DNA from: Aulosira sp. ZfuVER01
GTDB taxonomy: Bacteria > Cyanobacteriota > Cyanobacteriia > Cyanobacteriales > Nostocaceae
Direction of reading: 5' to 3'
Length of the DNA stretch: 64,000 nt
NCBI GenBank assembly: GCA_034530615.2
Contig: JAVRCV020000008.1
Location: 64,001-128,000, forward strand
Notes under the pieces: generated by a model
What the model was told of the DNA's origin: nothing
What the model saw: only the letters and a program-made list of their open reading frames with translations
Databases searched by the model: none
Translations under genes and position numbers: made by a program
Shown here: positions 59,301 through 64,000 of the stretch, piece after piece
Numbering within the stretch: position 1 is the stretch's first letter
How the letters are laid out: every line of letters begins with the position of its first letter

Positions 59301-60098
59301 GAGTGTTTGGCAGAATTGGACGGCTACGGAACAGTGCAACTCCAAACTGAGGATATCTCCGTTGGTGGTGCTTGCTTGGTAGGAGTACCAGAGATGTCTG
59401 TCACTCAGCACCTCCGCTTGTGTCTGACATTACCAGGTACAACTGAAGCTCAGTGGTTTTCTGGAAAAATCGTTTGGCAAGAAGGAACGAAAGCGGGGAT
59501 TCAATTTCAGGTTTCACCATCCGAGCAAGCAGTTTTAAATCAAAGTGTTGAGTATCTGCTCAAAACAGGAGGCTTTTTAAAAGTTCTGCAACGCACTGCT
59601 GTTGAGAGCTTGCGAAGCTTTCTTAAACAGAAGTTACCTGACTATATGATGCCTTCTAGCTTTGTGTTTCTTGATACCCTACCTCACACCCCAAATGGCA
59701 AGGTGGATCGCAAGAAACTTCCCGCACCAGAGAATTTGCGATCGCAATTAAACACCAGCTATACCGCACCCCAGACGGAGATAGAGCAAGCGATCGCTTC
59801 AGTTTGGCAACAAGTTCTGCAAGTGGACAAAGTCGGATTGCACGATAATTTCTTCGACTTGGGCGGTCATTCTCTGCGGATGGCGCAAGTTCATACTCAG
59901 TTGTGCGGGGTATTGCAGCAAAAAATCTCGATGGTGGAACTGTTTCAATATCCTACGGTGAGTGCCTTGGCTAAACACTTAAGCCAGGAAAACGAAGCAC
60001 AACCCACTTTTGCACAAAGCCATCAACGCGCCAACAAGCAAAAAGAAGCCCTGCATCTACAAAAGCAAAGAATGCAAAGGAAGAAGGAAAATGGATAA
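56304..60098 (+). CDS. NRPS2: C-A(Phe; interrupted by PilZ-like domain)-T
   Basis: AAGGAG RBS; LSFAQQRLWFL, HHIISDG, YTSGSTGKPKG, code DAWTIAAVCK, LGGHSL; basic helical C-terminal docking tail. Confidence 0.95.
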   Translation: MIHKLPNNSYGTGENSLAADEEEVFVFPLSFAQQRLWFLDQLIPNSPIYNIPGAVQFQGRLDRVALEKSFSEIVRRHEALRTTFVIADGQPMQAVAAVEQDSNLQRYYSLQEIDLSHLSEPNRQTEIARLATAGARQPFNLEQEPLLRVTLLCLSEQEYIFLTTIHHIISDGWSLSMFMRELMALYHAFSQGQPSPLLDLPIQYADFALWQRECLQGELLTSKLAYWQRQLAGSLPVLQLPTQRTRPAVQSFLGARQTFALSSKFAEALKSFARQESVTVFMTLLTAFKTLLYRYTGQEDILVGSPVANRQRPELEGLMGFFVNTLVLRTDLSGNPSFRELLTRVREVTLEADAHQDVPFEKLVEALQIERELSRNPLFQVAFVIAPPMPVLTPPWSYCQLDMDTGTAKFDLTLAIEERPEGFICAFEYSTDLFEADAIARMVGHFQTLLAGILANPDQCIGELPLLTASEWQQMQSWNQTQVDYPQGCIHQLFEAQVEKNPDAVAMVFGEQQLTYRELNTKANQLAHYLQSLGVGPEVLVGICVERSLYTLIGILGIFKAGGAYLPLDPAYPAERLAFMLEDAQVPVLLTQHSLGIERTHRQSLQKTTIVHLDNWQANTDGEENPVSGVTSDNLAYTIYTSGSTGKPKGVLLTHHGLCNLAKAQQQLFNVQPNHRVLQFASLSFDASIWEIVMAWVGGATIVLAQQDDLLPGNTLLKLLRDQQIAIVTLPPSALAVLPAAELPDLQTIIVAGEACPPELVKRWAPGRRFFNAYGPTESTVCATVAECNPGDQKLPIGYPIANTQVYILDANLQPVPVGVPGEIYIAGVGLARGYLNRPELTAEKFILKKAEGAGSREQGSHLDLGVSRHSPQVGRPAHGGGSPSRASGVAGGEFLTPHSSLLTQYSGLRTQHSQERLYKTGDLARYLPNGNIEYLGRIDNQVKIRGFRIELGEIETVVSQHPDVKEAIAIAREDLSGDKRLVAYIVWQPKPNRVPYESECLAELDGYGTVQLQTEDISVGGACLVGVPEMSVTQHLRLCLTLPGTTEAQWFSGKIVWQEGTKAGIQFQVSPSEQAVLNQSVEYLLKTGGFLKVLQRTAVESLRSFLKQKLPDYMMPSSFVFLDTLPHTPNGKVDRKKLPAPENLRSQLNTSYTAPQTEIEQAIASVWQQVLQVDKVGLHDNFFDLGGHSLRMAQVHTQLCGVLQQKISMVELFQYPTVSALAKHLSQENEAQPTFAQSHQRANKQKEALHLQKQRMQRKKENG
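58845..59050 (+). repeat. In-frame STRR/small-dispersed-repeat insertion between A6 and A7 of NRPS2
   Basis: GGGAGCA, CTCCTCA and ACTCAG(G/C) heptamer arrays flanking a GC-rich hairpin; encodes KAEGAGSREQG...LTPHSSLLTQYSGLRTQHS. Confidence 0.8.
59265..59600 (+). other. PilZ-like domain inserted between A8 and A9 of the Phe adenylation domain
   Basis: NRVPY...EDISVGGACL...HLRLCLTLPG...GKIVWQEGTKAGIQF between KRLVAYIV and LRSFLKQKLPDYMMP. Confidence 0.82.
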
Positions 60099-63000
60099 TC
60101 TACAAACAAGCGAAGCTTTAGAAGGAATTGCCATTGTGGGAATGGCTGGGAGATTTCCAGGTGCGAAAAATGTGGATGAATTTTGGCAGAATCTCCAGAA
60201 CGGTGTAGAGTCCATTTCTGTTTTCTCCGAGCAAGAATTGGCAGAAGCTGGTATCGATCCGGCAGTATTACAGAATCCTGACTACGTTAAAGCCAAAGCA
60301 GTTTTAGACGATATCGATTTATTTGATGCAGCTTTCTTTGGCTTTAGTGCCAAAGAAGCCACCATTACCGATCCCCAACATCGCTTATTTTTAGAATCTG
60401 CTTGGGAAGCACTGGAAAATGCAGGTTACAACCCAGAAACATACACAGGTGCAATTGGAGTGTATGCAGGGGTAGGGATGAGTGCCTATCTATTAAATAA
60501 TCTTTTTACAAATCCTGAATTAACCCGTTCAGCTGGGGCTTATCAAACTTTAATCGCCAACGATAAAGACTTTTTACCTACTCGCGTTTCTTATAAACTC
60601 AACCTCAAAGGCCCAAGCGTTAATATTCAAACTGCTTGCTCAACTTCCTTAGTCGCTACTTGTATAGCCTGCCAAAGCTTGCTGAACTATCAATGCGATA
60701 TGGCTTTAGCAGGAGGTGTTTCCATTAGCTTGCCGCAAAAATCAGGATATTTGTACCAAGAAGGCATGATTTTTTCACCTGATGGTCATTGTCGAGCTTT
60801 TGATGCCCAAGCACAGGGAATCGTGGCGGGAAGTGGAGTCGGAATTGTTGTTTTAAAACGATTAGAAGATGCGATCGCAGATGGTGATACTATTCATGCT
60901 GTCATTAAAGGCTTTGCTGTAAACAATGATGGCTCGATGAAAGTAGGTTACACTGCTCCCAGCGTCGAGGGTCAAGCAGAAGCGATCGCTCAAGCTTTGG
61001 CAATGGCGGAAGTCGATCCAGAAAGCGTAACTTATATCGAAGCTCACGGTACGGGAACACCCTTAGGCGATCCCATTGAAATTGCCGCACTTACAAAAGC
61101 CTTTCGCGCTAGCACCCAGAAAACGAACTTTTGTGCCATTGGTTCGGTGAAAACAAATATCGGACATTTAGATACAGCAGCTGGGGTTACTGGTTTAATT
61201 AAGACTGTTCAGGCGCTGAAACACCAGTCCATACCACCCAGTTTGCACTTTGAAACTCCAAATCCGAAAATTGATTTTGCCAACAGTCCTTTTTACGTTA
61301 ATCACAAACTCACTGAATGGCACAAAAATGGCAGTCCTCGCCGTGCTGGTGTGAGTTCGTTTGGTATTGGTGGGACAAATGCTCACGTTGTTTTAGAAGA
61401 AGCAACATCTTTAAAAGAGCAGAGGGGGAGAGAGGCAGAGGGGCAGGGGAGAAATTATCAGATATTGGTAGTTTCAGCCAAGTCTGAATCTGCAATTAAC
61501 ACAGCTACAGAGAATTTAATTGCACATTTAAAACAGCATCCCGAACTAAATTTAGCTGATGTTGCTTATACACTTGCTTTTGGTCGTAAGGCTTTCAACC
61601 ATCGCCGGATAGTTGTTTGTAGCAATTTGGAAGAAGCGGTAACAGCGCTTTCTCGACTCAATCAGCGAGTTTTTACTAATAATCAAGAATCTAAACAACA
61701 AGCTATAACATTCATGTTTTCTGGGCAAGGTTCGCAATATGTGAACATGGCGTTGGAACTTTATCAAGTTGAACCAATATTTCGCCAACAAATAGATAAA
61801 TGCTCGGAACTCCTTAAACCTGATTTAGGATTAGATTTACGCGATGTTTTGTATCCCAGTGAAGCACAAACAGAAATCGCCACACAACAATTAAAGCAAA
61901 CAGCAATTACACAACCAGCCTTATTTGTCATTGAGTACGCTTTAGCGCAATTATGGATGTCTTGGGGTGTGCGTCCTCAAGCCTTAATTGGGCATAGTAT
62001 TGGTGAATATGTTGCCGCCTGTATTGCTGGTGTATTCTCCTTAGAAGATGCTTTATCGCTGGTTGCGGCGCGGGGACGACTAATGCAGCAAATGCCTGCA
62101 GGAGCCATGTTAGCTGTACCTTTAACAGAAACAGAAGCGCGATCGCACCTCAACAATAACCTGTCTCTAGCAGTCATCAATGCTCCTTCCAGTTGTGTCA
62201 TTGCAGGTACGATTGCAGAGATAGATGCTTTAGCACAACAGTTACCAGAAAGTCGTCGCTTACATACTTCTCATGCGTTCCATTCGCAAATGATGGAACC
62301 TATTTTAGAACCCTTCATTGAGCGTGTTGGGAAGGTAAAACTGAATCCCCCACAAATTCCTTATATTTCTAACGTCACAGGAACTTGGATTACCACCGCC
62401 GAAGCGACGAACCCCAACTATTGGGCGCAACATTTGCGTCAAACGGTACGCTTTGCTGATGGCTTAGAAAAGTTGATGCAAGATCCTCACCAAATTCTTT
62501 TAGAAGTTGGGCCTGGAAGAACACTGATGACACTCGCTAAACAGCATCCTTATCATGATGCAGCGGTAATTCTTTCTTCCTTACGCCATCCCCAAGAGCA
62601 AGAATCAGATGTGGAATTTTTGTTAACTACTCTAGGACGACTTTGGCTGGCGGGTGTAGAAATTGATTGGTCAGAATTTTATACTGGCGAACAGCGTTAC
62701 CGCGTACCGTTGCCAACTTATCCTTTTGAACGTCAGCGTTACTGGGTTGAACCGCAAGCATTACTACCAGTACAAAAGGCTGCTAACTCTTTCACTAAAA
62801 AACCGGATATTGCTGACTGGTTCTATATTCCTTCTTGGCAACGTTCACCTATTCTGGGGGACAATGATAGCCTTGCTAAGGAGCGTTTTTGTTGGTTGGT
62901 GTTTGTAGATGAGTGCGGTTTAGGCGATCGCATTATCAAGCAACTAGAACTTGCAGGTCAAGATGCGATCGCTGTCAGGATTGGAGAGCATTTTAGCAAG

Positions 63001-64000
63001 GAACGCCCCTACAGCTACACACTCAATCCCTCACAGCGCCAAGACTACGAGACTTTATGGCAAGAATTAAAAGCACTAAACAAGCTGCCACAAACCATCG
63101 TTCATTTGTGGAGTGTTACCTCTGATGAGTTTGAAGAAGGCAGGAGGCAGGAGGCAGGAGGCAGAAGGGATAATTCAGATGTAAATATTTCGATTCCCGC
63201 AGAATTAGCGCCAGGCAAAGTTGCTGTTTATTCAAACCCTTACTCCCTTGTGTCTGGGCAAACAGATTGTAAGCCTTCTGCCACGCCACTTGCTACAACG
63301 GAGGGAATCTCCGCAACGCAGTGGCTCCTCTGCCCTCTGCCCTCTGCCTTTCTTATTGAACGAGTAGAAAAGTTGCAAAATTTAGGCTTCTGGAGTTTAC
63401 TGTTTTTAGCCCAGGCATTAGGAAAACAAAACATCAGCGATCGCCTACAAATTGCAGTCATTTCTAACAATTTACAAGAAGTGACGGGTGAAGAGAATCT
63501 ATGTCCAGAGAAAGCAACTCTACTTGGAACCTGTAAAGTTATTCCTCACGAATATCTCAATATTTCTTGTCGCAGTATTGATATAGTTCTGCCCAAACCT
63601 GGAAGTCAGCAAGCAGAGAAATTAGTTAACAATTTGCTGACAGAACTAACTGTTCAAACCTCAGATATGGCGATCGCTTATCGCGGTAATCATCGTTGGG
63701 TACAAACCTTTGCACCCGTCCGACTAGAACGAACTGAAAAAGCAACACCCCAGTTAAGAGATGGGGGAGTTTACTTAATTACAGGAGGATTAGGCGGTAT
63801 TGGTTTAGTTTTGGCAGAATATCTTGCAAAGACGGTACAAGCGAAATTGGTATTGGTTGGGCGATCGCCTTTTCCCGCATCATCTGAGTGGGAACAATGG
63901 CTGAGTACTCACGATCCACAAGATAGCGTCAGTGTCAAGATTCGCCAATTGCAGGACATGGAAGCGTTAGGTGCAGAGGTGGTGCTCGCCTGTGCCGATG
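60091..64000 (+). CDS. Type I PKS module KS-AT-KR (runs off window end)
   Basis: Manual translation from ATG 60091, overlapping the NRPS2 stop: IAIVGMAGRFPGA, DPQHRLFLE, TACSTS, HGTGT, NIGHL; AT GQGSQY, GHSIG, HAFHS; KR YLITGGLGGIG. No DH seen between AT and KR. Not in the ORF track because there is no stop in the window. Confidence 0.95.
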   Translation, partial: MDNLQTSEALEGIAIVGMAGRFPGAKNVDEFWQNLQNGVESISVFSEQELAEAGIDPAVLQNPDYVKAKAVLDDIDLFDAAFFGFSAKEATITDPQHRLFLESAWEALENAGYNPETYTGAIGVYAGVGMSAYLLNNLFTNPELTRSAGAYQTLIANDKDFLPTRVSYKLNLKGPSVNIQTACSTSLVATCIACQSLLNYQCDMALAGGVSISLPQKSGYLYQEGMIFSPDGHCRAFDAQAQGIVAGSGVGIVVLKRLEDAIADGDTIHAVIKGFAVNNDGSMKVGYTAPSVEGQAEAIAQALAMAEVDPESVTYIEAHGTGTPLGDPIEIAALTKAFRASTQKTNFCAIGSVKTNIGHLDTAAGVTGLIKTVQALKHQSIPPSLHFETPNPKIDFANSPFYVNHKLTEWHKNGSPRRAGVSSFGIGGTNAHVVLEEATSLKEQRGREAEGQGRNYQILVVSAKSESAINTATENLIAHLKQHPELNLADVAYTLAFGRKAFNHRRIVVCSNLEEAVTALSRLNQRVFTNNQESKQQAITFMFSGQGSQYVNMALELYQVEPIFRQQIDKCSELLKPDLGLDLRDVLYPSEAQTEIATQQLKQTAITQPALFVIEYALAQLWMSWGVRPQALIGHSIGEYVAACIAGVFSLEDALSLVAARGRLMQQMPAGAMLAVPLTETEARSHLNNNLSLAVINAPSSCVIAGTIAEIDALAQQLPESRRLHTSHAFHSQMMEPILEPFIERVGKVKLNPPQIPYISNVTGTWITTAEATNPNYWAQHLRQTVRFADGLEKLMQDPHQILLEVGPGRTLMTLAKQHPYHDAAVILSSLRHPQEQESDVEFLLTTLGRLWLAGVEIDWSEFYTGEQRYRVPLPTYPFERQRYWVEPQALLPVQKAANSFTKKPDIADWFYIPSWQRSPILGDNDSLAKERFCWLVFVDECGLGDRIIKQLELAGQDAIAVRIGEHFSKERPYSYTLNPSQRQDYETLWQELKALNKLPQTIVHLWSVTSDEFEEGRRQEAGGRRDNSDVNISIPAELAPGKVAVYSNPYSLVSGQTDCKPSATPLATTEGISATQWLLCPLPSAFLIERVEKLQNLGFWSLLFLAQALGKQNISDRLQIAVISNNLQEVTGEENLCPEKATLLGTCKVIPHEYLNISCRSIDIVLPKPGSQQAEKLVNNLLTELTVQTSDMAIAYRGNHRWVQTFAPVRLERTEKATPQLRDGGVYLITGGLGGIGLVLAEYLAKTVQAKLVLVGRSPFPASSEWEQWLSTHDPQDSVSVKIRQLQDMEALGAEVVLACAD
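63137..63350 (+). repeat. In-frame repeat element in the PKS KR structural subdomain
   Basis: Inverted heptamer ends (AGGCAGG)n ... (CCTCTGC)n enclosing an ACGCCACTTGCTACAAC...CAACGCAGTGGCTC hairpin; frame preserved (EGRRQEAGGRR...LCPLPSAF). Confidence 0.8.

Overview
64 kb of chromosome from a filamentous, probably heterocystous (Nostoc-like) cyanobacterium, judged from frequent HIP1 GCGATCGC sites, STRR heptamer repeats and small dispersed repeats/MITEs. About 1-36 kb is mostly housekeeping and metabolic genes: NDH-2, LacI/gluconokinase, typA, Ada, ribokinase/cytosine deaminase/nucleoside hydrolase, dipeptide epimerase + DUF1611, prs, bioD, an M20 amidohydrolase and Ser/Thr kinases. It also holds a desaturase/acyltransferase/GH3 operon and a HIP1-free block of secreted hypothetical proteins. 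About 36.6-64 kb holds a hybrid Ser/Thr-His kinase, an RHH gene plus a fused M.PvuII-like methyltransferase/Mrr-like nuclease, and the start of a hybrid NRPS-PKS cluster. That cluster has a NodIJ-like exporter, a SAM methyltransferase, NRPS1 A(MT)-T-C-A-T, NRPS2 C-A-T and a PKS KS-AT-KR that runs off the window end. The most striking observation is that two adenylation domains are interrupted between motifs A8 and A9 by homologous ~100-aa PilZ-like domains, the c-di-GMP receptor fold. This suggests second-messenger gating of an assembly line predicted to make N-Me-Tyr-Thr-(Phe-derived statine)-... All family assignments are by eye from motifs; no database searches were run.
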